Positions 1 to 9,076 of a stretch of DNA of 64,000 nt are shown here, in pieces. The notes beneath the pieces were generated by a model, which worked only from the letters and a program-made list of their open reading frames with translations, was not told where the DNA came from and did no database searches. This DNA comes from a bacterium. Its GTDB lineage: Bacteria; Patescibacteriota; Patescibacteriia; Patescibacteriales; UBA12465. Location of the stretch: the NCBI GenBank assembly GCA_035400585.1, contig DAOMZR010000001.1:127347-191346 (forward strand), read 5' to 3'. Position numbers and translations under genes: made by a program. The first letter of the stretch is position 1, and each line of letters opens with the position of its first letter.

Positions 1-2
1 TA

Positions 3-497
3 GATAAAAACAGAATTAACTTTGCTTTTTATTCAGAAAATCGAGTTGACTTTAGAAATTTAGTTAAAGATTTGAGTTCTCATTTTAAGGGTGTCATTCG
101 TCTTACTCAAATTGGCAGTCGTGACGAAGCAAAGGCTAGCGGTGATTTTGGCCATTGCGGAAGAGGTCTTTGCTGCCGAGGTTTTATGAAAGATTTTTTT
201 TCTATAGGATCGGAGATGGCCGAAGCTCAACAGGTTTCTCATAGAGGTAGCGAAAGAGTTTCTGGTATGTGTGGTAAGCTTATGTGTTGTTTGTCTTATG
301 AATATGAAGGTTATGTGGAGTTGTCAAAAAAATTACCACCAGTCGGAACTAGGGTAAATGTTGATGGTCGAAGAGGAGAGGTTGTTGGCCATCATATATT
401 AAAACAATCAGTGGACGTTTTGTTTAGAGGAGAAAAGGAAGGTGAAAATGATGTGGTGGTAGAAGTTGACATTAATCGTCACAAAAAGAAAGATTAA
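3..497 (+). CDS. PSP1 C-terminal domain protein (YaaT/RicT-like), 5' end cut by the window edge
   Basis: Frame 3 is open from nt 3 (DKNRINFAFYSENRVDFRNLVKDL...) into the listed ORF. The paired Cys motifs GHCGRGLCC and GMCGKLMCCLSYE are typical of PSP1/RicT. Confidence 0.8.
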   Translation, partial: DKNRINFAFYSENRVDFRNLVKDLSSHFKGVIRLTQIGSRDEAKASGDFGHCGRGLCCRGFMKDFFSIGSEMAEAQQVSHRGSERVSGMCGKLMCCLSYEYEGYVELSKKLPPVGTRVNVDGRRGEVVGHHILKQSVDVLFRGEKEGENDVVVEVDINRHKKKD

Positions 498-500
498 AAT

Positions 501-530
501 AAAAAAACCCGGCTTTAGTCGGGTTTTTTG
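501..530. terminator. bidirectional intrinsic terminator between convergent genes
   Basis: Stem 507-513/518-524 (one G-U pair), loop ttta, A-run upstream and T-run downstream. Confidence 0.7.
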
Positions 531-761
531 CTAGTTTTTTTGAGCCAACATTTTGTTGACTCTTTCAGCTATATTCTCTCTTATATCCTTGATTAATTCT
601 TTGTCACTTAAAGAGAAAAGCTCTAGCAAGAGGTTTTTTATTCCTTTTTTTTCTTCTTCAAAAATTGAATCTTTAGCATTTTCTGCCAAAAAATCTCTAA
701 CCTTAATCATAAAATCTATCGGCCCCAAATTCAAAACATCATCCTCTGTTATATATTCCAT
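531..761 (-). CDS. hypothetical small acidic protein (76 aa)
   Basis: ORF convergent on the shared terminator. No motif recognised. Confidence 0.5.
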   Translation of the reverse strand: MEYITEDDVLNLGPIDFMIKVRDFLAENAKDSIFEEEKKGIKNLLLELFSLSDKELIKDIRENIAERVNKMLAQKN

Positions 762-882
762 AATATCCCTATTATTCAGTTTTGAAAAAAAATAAAAAAA
801 TGTTATAATGTACTAAAATTAACTAGTAATATTTGCATTTTTTTATAAAAAAGTCAATAGTTAATAAAATAATTTAAAAAAT

Positions 883-1395
883 ATGTTTGAAAATATTTTT
901 AATAGAAAAAAAGAGACAAGCTCAGTCTTGGAGGTTGATAATTATAAAGTTCTTTTGAAAGAAAAAAATATTGTAGACAAAAACAAAACAAACGAAAACG
1001 AATTTAAGTCTTTATTGGCCGATGTAATTAATTCTCCTGAATTGCATATTTATGATAAAAAAGGAGATGTTGTTTCTGGCTATGGCTTTGATACTGTCAG
1101 AGATATTGTCAGTAGGGAGATTAATGGTGATGGAGATAAAATTAAAAAAATAAAGGAAGCTTTGAGTCAAAACAGATTTTCTTATACCAGGGTTCATCAA
1201 TTTTTATCTCTTTTAGATTCACTAGACAACTCGACTCTAAAGGATAAATTAAAAAATGATTATTTTTCTTTGGAAAAAAAATATTTACCTAGCGAGAACA
1301 AATCAATTCAATATGTTGAGCTTGATATGAATGAAAAAAAGGAATTTATGGACGGTTTAGATAAAATTGCTATTGAACTTTATAATAAATTATAA
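883..1395 (+). CDS. hypothetical protein (170 aa)
   Basis: Uninterrupted ORF with native AT-rich composition. No motif recognised. Confidence 0.5.
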   Translation: MFENIFNRKKETSSVLEVDNYKVLLKEKNIVDKNKTNENEFKSLLADVINSPELHIYDKKGDVVSGYGFDTVRDIVSREINGDGDKIKKIKEALSQNRFSYTRVHQFLSLLDSLDNSTLKDKLKNDYFSLEKKYLPSENKSIQYVELDMNEKKEFMDGLDKIAIELYNKL

Positions 1396-1437
1396 TTATT
1401 TAATTAATTTTCATTAAAAAATTAAGAGTTAAAAACT

Positions 1438-2451
1438 ATGCCAAAAAATTTAAACATTGCTATTAATGGTTTCGGCCGTATTGGTCGAGCAGTTTGTAAA
1501 ATTATTGTTGATAAACACCCTAACTATAAAATAGTGGCTATCAACGATTTAACTGATACTAAAACTTTAGCTCATCTTTTAAAATATGATTCAGCTTACG
1601 GGGTTTATGATAAAAAAATTTCAGCTGATGAAAAAAATATTATTATTGCTGGTAAAAAAATTCCAGTTTTTTCAGAAAAGGATCCATCTCTTCTTCCTTG
1701 GTCTAAAATGAAAGTAGATGTTGTTTTGGAATGTACTGGAAGATTCACAAACAAAGAAGGTTTGGGATTGCATATTAAAGCTGGTGCTAAAAAAGTTATT
1801 CTTTCAGCTCCGTCTAAGGGAGAGGAAAAGGTCAAAACCATTGTCGTTGGTGTTAATGAGGAAAAAATAAATAAAAATGATAACATCCTTTCTTGTGCTT
1901 CTTGTACCACCAATTGTTTGGCTCCAGTTACTGAGGTTATCAGAAAAAACTTTGGTATTAAAAAAGCCTTAATGACAACTATTCATGCTTATACAGCCGA
2001 TCAAAATTTAGTTGATGGTCCACATAAAGATTTAAGAAGAGCTCGTAGTGCTGCTTTAAATATCGTTCCAACAACAACTGGTGCTGCCAAGGCAATTGCT
2101 TTAACAATACCTTCTTTAGCTGGAACATTTGATGGTTTAGCGGTTAGAGTGCCAGTAGTAGTTGGCTCTTTGTGTGATACTGTTTTTGTTTTAAAGAAAA
2201 AAGTCACTGCTGACGATGTTAACAGAGCGTTTATCAAAGCTTCCCAAACAGCAAGATTTAAAAACATTATCGAGGCCTCAACCGAGCCCTTGGTTTCAAG
2301 CGATATAATTAAAAATGACCACAGCACCATTGTTGATCTTTCTTTGACTAAGGTTATGGACGGGGATTTATTAAAAGTTATCGCTTGGTATGATAACGAA
2401 TGGGGCTATTCTTGTCGTTTGGTTGATTTGATAAAATATCTAAAATGGTAA
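1438..2451 (+). CDS. gap: type I glyceraldehyde-3-phosphate dehydrogenase
   Basis: NGFGRIGR NAD-binding motif, catalytic SCTTNCLAP, C-terminal WYDNEWGYS. Confidence 0.95.
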   Translation: MPKNLNIAINGFGRIGRAVCKIIVDKHPNYKIVAINDLTDTKTLAHLLKYDSAYGVYDKKISADEKNIIIAGKKIPVFSEKDPSLLPWSKMKVDVVLECTGRFTNKEGLGLHIKAGAKKVILSAPSKGEEKVKTIVVGVNEEKINKNDNILSCASCTTNCLAPVTEVIRKNFGIKKALMTTIHAYTADQNLVDGPHKDLRRARSAALNIVPTTTGAAKAIALTIPSLAGTFDGLAVRVPVVVGSLCDTVFVLKKKVTADDVNRAFIKASQTARFKNIIEASTEPLVSSDIIKNDHSTIVDLSLTKVMDGDLLKVIAWYDNEWGYSCRLVDLIKYLKW

Positions 2452-2452
2452 T

Positions 2453-3511
2453 ATGGTTAATATCTTAGATAAAATTAAAAAAGCTGGTTTAGTTGGCCGT
2501 GGAGGAGCCTCTTTTCCAGTTAATTTAAAATGGCAAGCAGTTAAAAACGAAAAAAGATCAGAAAAATATTTAGTAATAAATGGGGCGGAAGGAGAGCCGG
2601 GAATACATAAAGATGCTTATATAATAAATAATTATCCAGAAGAATTAATGTTTGGCATAAAAATTGCTCTTGATTTTATTAAAGCTAAAAAAATTTATTT
2701 TTATTTGAATAAGAATCTTTATAGTTCTAAAAATAAGTTGAATAAAATAGCCAACGCTATTGGCTTGAAGGGAAAAATTATTTTCTTTTTAAAGCCAATA
2801 GATTCTGGTTATATTGCCGGTGAAGAATCAACCATTTTAAATATTATAGAAGGAAAAAATATTGAACCTCGTCTTAGACCACCATTTCCAACTTGTAGTG
2901 GTCTTTATGGCATGCCAACACTAATAAACAATATTGAAACTATTTATAATGTTTATTTGGTGAGTAAAAACAAATATCAAAACAAGAGATTTTACTCTGT
3001 TAATTTTGATAAAAAAAATAAAGGAGTTTATTTTTTGCCAGAGAATTTAACCATTAAACAGATTTTGAAAGAAACCGATAATTATCCAGATTATGATTTT
3101 TTTGTTCAAATTGGTGGAGACGCTTCCGGCGAAGTTTTAAATAGTAAGCAATTAAACAAAAAAGTTGATGGGGCTGGTTCAATTACTGTTTATAATTTAG
3201 AAAAACATATCCCAGAAAAGTTGATTAAATATTGGTTAAGCTTTTTTAGAGATAATTCCTGTGGTCAGTGCACCCCTTGTAGAGAGGGAACTTATCGACT
3301 TTACGAAATGTTTGAAAATTTTGGATTGAAAATGGCCAAAGAAAAAAATTTTACTGATTTGTGTGACAACTTATTTCTGTCTTCTTTTTGTGCCTTGGGA
3401 ACTGCCGTACCGATAGCTATTCTAAGTTATTTTAAAAATGTTTATGAACCTTTAATTGTTTCTCAAAAAAAAATTAAAGGTCTTGAAAAAAATGTCAAAA
3501 GAAAAAAATAA
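2453..3511 (+). CDS. NuoF-like NAD(H)/FMN/4Fe-4S subunit (hydrogenase diaphorase-type, HydB-like), compact at 352 aa
   Basis: GLVGRGGASFPVNLKW, GYIAGEESTILNIIEG (FMN-site pattern), SCGQCTPCREGT and a later SFCALG (N3-type cluster cysteines). Starts 1 nt after the gap stop codon. Confidence 0.85.
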   Translation: MVNILDKIKKAGLVGRGGASFPVNLKWQAVKNEKRSEKYLVINGAEGEPGIHKDAYIINNYPEELMFGIKIALDFIKAKKIYFYLNKNLYSSKNKLNKIANAIGLKGKIIFFLKPIDSGYIAGEESTILNIIEGKNIEPRLRPPFPTCSGLYGMPTLINNIETIYNVYLVSKNKYQNKRFYSVNFDKKNKGVYFLPENLTIKQILKETDNYPDYDFFVQIGGDASGEVLNSKQLNKKVDGAGSITVYNLEKHIPEKLIKYWLSFFRDNSCGQCTPCREGTYRLYEMFENFGLKMAKEKNFTDLCDNLFLSSFCALGTAVPIAILSYFKNVYEPLIVSQKKIKGLEKNVKRKK

Positions 3512-5225
3512 AGAAATTAAAATCAAAATAGACGGTAAATCATATAAGTGCATTGTGGGAGAAAAAATATTAGATGTAGCCAAAAGAAATAATATTTTCA
3601 TTCCATCACTTTGCCATCATCCCGATTTAAATATTAAAGCTAACTGTCGAGTTTGTGTTGTTGAAATTAAGGGTTATAACCGCCTAACAACTTCTTGTTC
3701 AACTACTGTTTGTGAGGGAATGGAAATTTTTACCAATTCTCCCAAGGTTAAATTATCTAGAAACACTAACTTGAAATTAATATTTGCAGCTCATATTGAA
3801 AAATGCGTTGATTGTACAACCAGATTTGATTGTGAACTCTTATCTTTGGCTAAAAGATATGGTTTAAATATTGCTAATTTTAAAGATCGTAAGGGAAAAA
3901 GAAAAACATATAAATTTTCCAACTCAGTTGAAATTGATGGTAGTCAGTGCATAGATTGCAGAAACTGTATAGATGCTTGTTCTAATATTCAAAAAATAAA
4001 TTACTTAAAAAAAGAAGGCAAGGGATATAAACAAGAAATAGTCCCGGTTGAAGATAAAAATATTGACTGTATTTATTGTGGTCAATGTGCTTTACATTGT
4101 CCAGTTGCTTCTGCTCAAGAACAGTACGATTGGGATGATGTTGAAAATATTTTAAAAAACAAAAAAGGAAAAACACTTATAGCAATGATAGCTCCTTCTA
4201 CTAGAATATCTATTGGCGAAGTGTTTGGTTTCCCTTATGGTTATAATGCCGCTGGTCAAATGGTTACGGCTTTAAAAAAACTTGGCTTTGATCAGGTTAT
4301 TGATGTTAATTTAGGAGCAGACATAACAACTTTGGTTGAAGCTGAGGAGTTATTAGAAAGACTGGGAGATAAAAAAGCTAAACTTCCCATGATAACCTCT
4401 TGTTGCCCGGCCTGGGTAAAATATTTAGAATTTTATCGCCCAGATTTAATACCTCATTTAACAACTTCAAGATCACCTCAAATTCATTTAGGCGGAGTTA
4501 TAAAAACTTATTGGGCGAAGAAAAAAAATATTAAACCTAAAGACATAATTACTGTTTCTATAATGCCCTGTACAGCTAAAAAGTTTGAATCTCGAAGATC
4601 GGAGCTTAAAATTAATGGTCTTTATCCAGTGGATGAGGTTATTACTGTTAGGGAGTTGGCCTTTTTAATTAAAAAAAATGGTATTGATTTCAAAAATTTA
4701 AAACCAGAGAAATCTAATGATTTATTCAATGATGGTAGTGGTGCAGCAGTGATTTATGGGGCCTCAGGTGGTGTTATGGAATCAGCCCTTAGGACGGCTA
4801 ATCATTTTATCTGCAAAGACTCAAAAAAGGCTAAAATTTGCCATTCTAGAATAGAATTTAAGGAAGTTAGGGGAATGAAGGGTATAAAGGAGGCAAAGAT
4901 AGATTTAGATGGAAAAAAGCTTAATGTAGCGGTTGTTAATGGAATTGGTAATATAAATGATATTTTGCCAAAATTAAACAAATATCATTACATAGAAGTT
5001 ATGGCTTGCCCTGGAGGTTGCATTGGTGGCGGTGGTCAAATAATTCCGAGTTCCGTGGAAATTGTTCAAAAAAGAATGGAGGGTCTTTATAATAGTGATA
5101 GAAACGAAAAAATTAGGACTGCTCATGACAATAAAGATGCAGTTGAGGCGGTTAATTGGGTAAAAAATAGCAAATTATCACATAAAGTGTTGCACACTAA
5201 GTATATAAATAGAAAAAATAAATAA
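3492..5225 (+). CDS. hydA: [FeFe]-hydrogenase catalytic subunit, M3-type domain order
   Basis: H-cluster motifs TSCCPAW, MPCTAKKFE and EVMACPGGCIGGGGQ. The N-terminus has a 2Fe-2S domain, an H-x3-C-x2-C-x5-C cluster site and two CxxCxxCxxxCP motifs. Start moved to the ATG at 3492 (MSKEKNKEIKIKIDG), overlapping the upstream gene by 20 nt. Confidence 0.95.
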   Translation: MSKEKNKEIKIKIDGKSYKCIVGEKILDVAKRNNIFIPSLCHHPDLNIKANCRVCVVEIKGYNRLTTSCSTTVCEGMEIFTNSPKVKLSRNTNLKLIFAAHIEKCVDCTTRFDCELLSLAKRYGLNIANFKDRKGKRKTYKFSNSVEIDGSQCIDCRNCIDACSNIQKINYLKKEGKGYKQEIVPVEDKNIDCIYCGQCALHCPVASAQEQYDWDDVENILKNKKGKTLIAMIAPSTRISIGEVFGFPYGYNAAGQMVTALKKLGFDQVIDVNLGADITTLVEAEELLERLGDKKAKLPMITSCCPAWVKYLEFYRPDLIPHLTTSRSPQIHLGGVIKTYWAKKKNIKPKDIITVSIMPCTAKKFESRRSELKINGLYPVDEVITVRELAFLIKKNGIDFKNLKPEKSNDLFNDGSGAAVIYGASGGVMESALRTANHFICKDSKKAKICHSRIEFKEVRGMKGIKEAKIDLDGKKLNVAVVNGIGNINDILPKLNKYHYIEVMACPGGCIGGGGQIIPSSVEIVQKRMEGLYNSDRNEKIRTAHDNKDAVEAVNWVKNSKLSHKVLHTKYINRKNK

Positions 5226-5239
5226 TTAATTCTAATTTT

Positions 5240-5497
5240 ATGGAAAAATTAGCTAGTATAACAATTTTAACAACCAATAGACAACAAAACTCTAGTGAAA
5301 TTAATGGTTTGTTAACTGACAGTGGTCATTTGATTATTTCAAGAATGGGAGTCAACGTTCAAAAAAGTTGTACAGAACATTGCCCAGGTATGATTTTATT
5401 AGCTTTAAAGGGGGAGGAATCAAAAATACTAGAATTATTGAATAATTTAAATAAAATAGAAGAAACTAAGGCTGAAATTCATATTTTTGAGGAATAA
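5240..5497 (+). CDS. small ACT/NikR-C-like protein resembling the TM1266-type putative iron-only hydrogenase system regulator
   Basis: 85 aa, lying 14 nt after hydA. The pattern ITILTTNRQ...INGLL...IISRMGV...MILLALKG matches my recollection of the TM1266 family. No search was run. Confidence 0.5.
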   Translation: MEKLASITILTTNRQQNSSEINGLLTDSGHLIISRMGVNVQKSCTEHCPGMILLALKGEESKILELLNNLNKIEETKAEIHIFEE

Positions 5498-5532
5498 TCT
5501 TTAATAAAATATTTATAATTAATTTAAAAAGT

Positions 5533-5748
5533 ATGAACGAATTACAACAATTAGGCAATGGTTTTATAATCTTTATGGCGATTTTAATTATTTGGACTAT
5601 TCCATGGAAGGGGGTTGCTCTTTGGAAGTCTGCCAGAAATAACCATAAATGGTGGTTTATTGCCATGCTTTTAGTTAATTCTTTAGCAATCTTAGAAATT
5701 ATATATATATTTGGATTTAGTAAAAATAAAGAAGTTGCTAAAAAATAG
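5533..5748 (+). CDS. small two-helix membrane protein (DUF5652-like by recollection)
   Basis: 71 aa with two hydrophobic helices. PWKGVALWKSARNNHKWWFIAMLLVNSLAILEIIY resembles that family. Confidence 0.6.
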   Translation: MNELQQLGNGFIIFMAILIIWTIPWKGVALWKSARNNHKWWFIAMLLVNSLAILEIIYIFGFSKNKEVAKK

Positions 5749-5808
5749 GTTATCTGTATAAATTATTTGCACAAGTATATAAAATTTATAATTCTCGAAT
5801 AAAATTAT

Positions 5809-5976
5809 ATGTCTCATGAAATTGAAGCTGATTTTGTTTATGATTATCATAATGAAGATTCTCAATGTCAAAAATGTACAAGTTTTGAAAATCATGGCGA
5901 TCATGGTTTTTGTAGCGAAGCAAAAGCTGATGTGCCTTTAACTGGTCATTGTGATTTTTTTCAATCAATAAGCTAA
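5809..5976 (+). CDS. unlisted 55-aa four-cysteine protein with a HiPIP-like signature
   Basis: My own translation: MSHEIEADFVYDYHNEDSQCQKCTSFENHGDHGFCSEAKADVPLTGHCDFFQSIS*. Cys spacing is C-x2-C-x11-C-x12-C. The stop lies 5 nt before the next gene. It falls below the 60-aa cutoff of the ORF track. Confidence 0.5.
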   Translation: MSHEIEADFVYDYHNEDSQCQKCTSFENHGDHGFCSEAKADVPLTGHCDFFQSIS

Positions 5977-5981
5977 TTAAT

Positions 5982-6770
5982 ATGTCAGAGTTAAAAATAC
6001 TAGGAAAAATAGATTTGAACCAATTTTCTAAAGATAAAAAGCCCCATATAAACATGGAAGAATCTTTTAGATTTTTAAATAAAGAATTGGAAAATATATC
6101 TCTTGAGTTTGGTAAATCTTATGGTGATTTCATTGAAAAGAATGGTAGCATTAAAATGATTGGACAAGACGAAAAATTTCACAAAGACATTGTTTCTACT
6201 AAAAGTGAGATTTATGGGGATAAAAAAGATTTTCCTCAAATGGCAGAATTGGCCATAACTGTTTTTTTAAACAAAATTATAGGCGATCGTTTTATAGTTG
6301 TTAGATCTTCAAAATATGATGATTATGAACATGGTGTAGATAATGTTTTAGTTGATAAAAAAACTGGTTTTGTAGTTTGTGGTTTTGATCAAGTTTTAGG
6401 AATGGGAAACGATGATGGCTCTAGCAAGAAAAGAGAGAAAGTAGAAAAAATAAATCAAAAAGGTGGTGCTAAGCTAGAGTATGGCATAAAATTAGATGAA
6501 AATCAGAAAATACAAATAACTAAAATGAAAAATATACCGGCCTTTTTCCTGGGCTTAACTAAAGATGATTTGATTTCTTTAGTTAAAAATATGACTGAAA
6601 GCAAAGATTCTGCTGGTTTAGATAAAAGTATTTTAAATAAAATTTGGAAATCACTTAAGGAACAAGAAGAAAATATTAAGAATTTATTGAAAAATAGTGA
6701 AAATTTAGATCTTTTGTCTAATATTAAAAAATTTGAAGAATTGTTGTCCTTCTTACAATCTAAAGTTTAG
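5982..6770 (+). CDS. hypothetical protein (262 aa)
   Basis: Long ORF followed by a terminator. No motif recognised. Confidence 0.55.
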   Translation: MSELKILGKIDLNQFSKDKKPHINMEESFRFLNKELENISLEFGKSYGDFIEKNGSIKMIGQDEKFHKDIVSTKSEIYGDKKDFPQMAELAITVFLNKIIGDRFIVVRSSKYDDYEHGVDNVLVDKKTGFVVCGFDQVLGMGNDDGSSKKREKVEKINQKGGAKLEYGIKLDENQKIQITKMKNIPAFFLGLTKDDLISLVKNMTESKDSAGLDKSILNKIWKSLKEQEENIKNLLKNSENLDLLSNIKKFEELLSFLQSKV

Positions 6771-6788
6771 TTTTTTGAATAAATAAAA

Positions 6789-6815
6789 AATATCGGTTTT
6801 GGCCGATATTTTTAT
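6789..6815 (+). terminator. intrinsic terminator
   Basis: 8-bp stem 6789-6796/6803-6810 (aatatcgg/ccgatatt) followed by a T-rich run. Confidence 0.6.
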
Positions 6816-6876
6816 TTGCCAAAGGCTAATAAAAAATATATAATATATTCGCCGTATAAATAAAAAATATATAAAA

Positions 6877-8358
6877 ATGTTTGAAAAATCCATAGAAATA
6901 TTAAGAAAAATTGAAGAAAACGGGTTCGAAGCCTACTTGGTGGGTGGTTGCGTCCGTGATTTGTTAATGGCAAAAGAGCCTAAAGATTTTGATATTACTA
7001 CCAATGCTTTGCCGGATGATGTTTTAAAAATTTTTGATGATGCTCGTTATGAGAATGATTTTGGTACAGTTTTGCTTCCAATTAGAGATGAAAATGGTAA
7101 AGCAATTTCGGTTATCGAAATAACTACTTATCGCAGCGAGAGTGGCTACCAAGATCATCGTCGACCAGATGAGGTTATTTTCGAAAAAGAATTAGATAAA
7201 GATTTGTCTCGGCGTGATTTTACAGTTAATGCTATGGCTTTATGTTTGCCAGGAAAAAATAAAGAAAAGTACAATTCTAAAAAAATAGAAATAAATAAAC
7301 AAGAATTTTATTTAGTTGATTTTTTCGGAGGACTTAAAGATATAAAATTAAAAATTATTAGAGCCGTTGGTGAACCACTAGATCGTTTTAAAGAAGATGC
7401 GCTTCGAATGATGAGGGCGGTTCGTTTTTCTTGTCAACTTGATTTTGAACTAGAGCCAAAAACAGAAAGAGCAATTATCAAAATGGCTGGTAGTATAAAA
7501 TTTATTGCCAAAGAAAGAATTAAAGATGAATTAGTTAAAATTTTATCTTCCAACAAACCAATGGAGGGAATTGAAAGATTAAAAAATTTAAAATTATTAC
7601 AATATATAATTCCTGAAATTCTTTTAGGTGAAAAGATGGAACAAAATCATCATCATGTTTATACGGTTTTAAAGCATAGTTTATTGTCGTTAAAACATTG
7701 TCCTAGCTCAAAATGGCAGGTTAGATTAGCAGCTTTTTTGCATGATGTTGGAAAACCAGCCTCCATGAAAGTAATCGATGGTGGTCGAACTTTTTATAAT
7801 CATGAATATATTGGAGCAAAAATTACTAGAAAAATAATGGACAGACTTAAATTTTCCAGAGAAGACACTGAAACGGTAGTTAATCTGGTAAAAAATCACA
7901 TGTTTTATTATAATGTGGGAGAGGTTACGGCTGCTTCGGTTAGAAGACTTATTGCTAAAACTGGTAGGGAGAATTTGAGCGATCTGATTGATTTAAGGGT
8001 GGCCGATAGATTGGGTTCTGGCACTCCTAAGGCCATGCCTTATAAGCTTCGTCATCTCCAATATATGATGGAAAAAGTGCAGAACGATCCAGTTTCAGTT
8101 AAAATGCTTCAAGTAAATGGTGATATTATGATATCCGAATTAAAAATGGAGCCAGGACCGAAAATGGGAGCGATTCTAGATGTTTTGTTAGCTGAGGTTT
8201 TAGAAAACCCAGAATTGAATGAAAAAAAAGTTCTAATGAAAAGAGTCAAGGAACTTGATAAATTAAATCTAGAAGAATTAAGAGAAAAGGCTAAGGAGGT
8301 TATTGAAGAAAAAAGAAGTGAAGATGATAAAAATATTAAGAAAAAATTTAAAGTTTAA
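6877..8358 (+). CDS. cca: CCA-adding tRNA nucleotidyltransferase with HD domain
   Basis: LVGGCVRDLL...DFDITT polymerase-beta motif, RDFTVNA, and the HD motif FLHDVGK. Confidence 0.9.
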   Translation: MFEKSIEILRKIEENGFEAYLVGGCVRDLLMAKEPKDFDITTNALPDDVLKIFDDARYENDFGTVLLPIRDENGKAISVIEITTYRSESGYQDHRRPDEVIFEKELDKDLSRRDFTVNAMALCLPGKNKEKYNSKKIEINKQEFYLVDFFGGLKDIKLKIIRAVGEPLDRFKEDALRMMRAVRFSCQLDFELEPKTERAIIKMAGSIKFIAKERIKDELVKILSSNKPMEGIERLKNLKLLQYIIPEILLGEKMEQNHHHVYTVLKHSLLSLKHCPSSKWQVRLAAFLHDVGKPASMKVIDGGRTFYNHEYIGAKITRKIMDRLKFSREDTETVVNLVKNHMFYYNVGEVTAASVRRLIAKTGRENLSDLIDLRVADRLGSGTPKAMPYKLRHLQYMMEKVQNDPVSVKMLQVNGDIMISELKMEPGPKMGAILDVLLAEVLENPELNEKKVLMKRVKELDKLNLEELREKAKEVIEEKRSEDDKNIKKKFKV

Positions 8359-8376
8359 AATTAATAATAAAAAAAT

Positions 8377-9072
8377 ATGAACAAAAAAATATTTATTTCG
8401 CTTATTTTGTTTTCATCAATTTTTATTTTCTCGGCTTGTAGTCGTGAACCAAAAAAAATTGAGTATAATCAAAATGATAATTTAAAAACTAATAATTTAA
8501 TAAATAATGATCAAAAAAATATGATTAAATTAAATAAAGAAGAAATGATAAATAGAGATATTTTAAAGAAATATTCTCAAGCTGAATTTCAAACCAGTGA
8601 AGGTAATTTTACGATTGAATTTTTTAATGAACAAATGCCAGAAACCGTAGCTAATTTTTTGAATTTGGCTGAAAGCGGATATTTTGATGGGATTAAATTT
8701 CATAGAGTGATTGCCGATTTTATGATTCAAGGTGGTGACCCTTTAACTAAAGACGATTCTATGGTAGCTATGTGGGGAACTGGTGGCCCTGGTTATGTAA
8801 TTGCTGATGAACATGTTTCTGGTCTTAGTAATTTAAGAGGCACAATTTCTATGGCTAATTCCGGACCAAATTCTGGTGGTTCACAATTTTTTATTAATGT
8901 TAAAGATAATACATTCTTAGATTTTGACAAAGAACCTTTGACTAGCAAGCATCCGGTTTTTGGCAAGGTTATTTCTGGTATAGAAATTGTTGATAAAATT
9001 TCTTTAGTTGACACTGACATGAGTGATAGACCAATGAAGGATGTTGTAATTGAAAAAATCACTTTAAAATAA
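8377..9072 (+). CDS. cyclophilin-type peptidyl-prolyl isomerase, lipoprotein
   Basis: Signal peptide with lipobox FSAC. FHRVIADFMIQGGDP and SMANSGPNSGGSQFFI. Confidence 0.9.
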   Translation: MNKKIFISLILFSSIFIFSACSREPKKIEYNQNDNLKTNNLINNDQKNMIKLNKEEMINRDILKKYSQAEFQTSEGNFTIEFFNEQMPETVANFLNLAESGYFDGIKFHRVIADFMIQGGDPLTKDDSMVAMWGTGGPGYVIADEHVSGLSNLRGTISMANSGPNSGGSQFFINVKDNTFLDFDKEPLTSKHPVFGKVISGIEIVDKISLVDTDMSDRPMKDVVIEKITLK

Positions 9073-9076
9073 ATAT

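Noticed and set aside
3456-3491. N-terminal extensions suggested by the ORF track (3456, 24505, 30031, 31964, 39943 and possibly 41488)
   Set aside because: Except 3456 and 41488, which are upstream in-frame ATGs, the starts I checked (24505, 30031, 39943) are TTG codons; 31964 was not checked. All six add junk residues and overlap upstream genes or leader structures. Internal ATGs (3492, 24523, 30046, 32024, 39976, 41512) give canonical N-termini and sensible spacing.
5692-6055. Two minus-strand ORFs (5692-5904 and 5786-6055) from the ORF track
   Set aside because: Both translate to low-complexity, AT-driven sequence and overlap the start of the 5982 gene. The plus-strand 55-aa Cys-motif ORF fits the spacing of the co-directional gene string better.
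6922-6933. gggttcgaagcc, resembling a tRNA T-arm
   Set aside because: It lies in frame within the cca coding sequence (ENGFEAY). No acceptor or anticodon arms can be built around it. I found no tRNA genes in the window.
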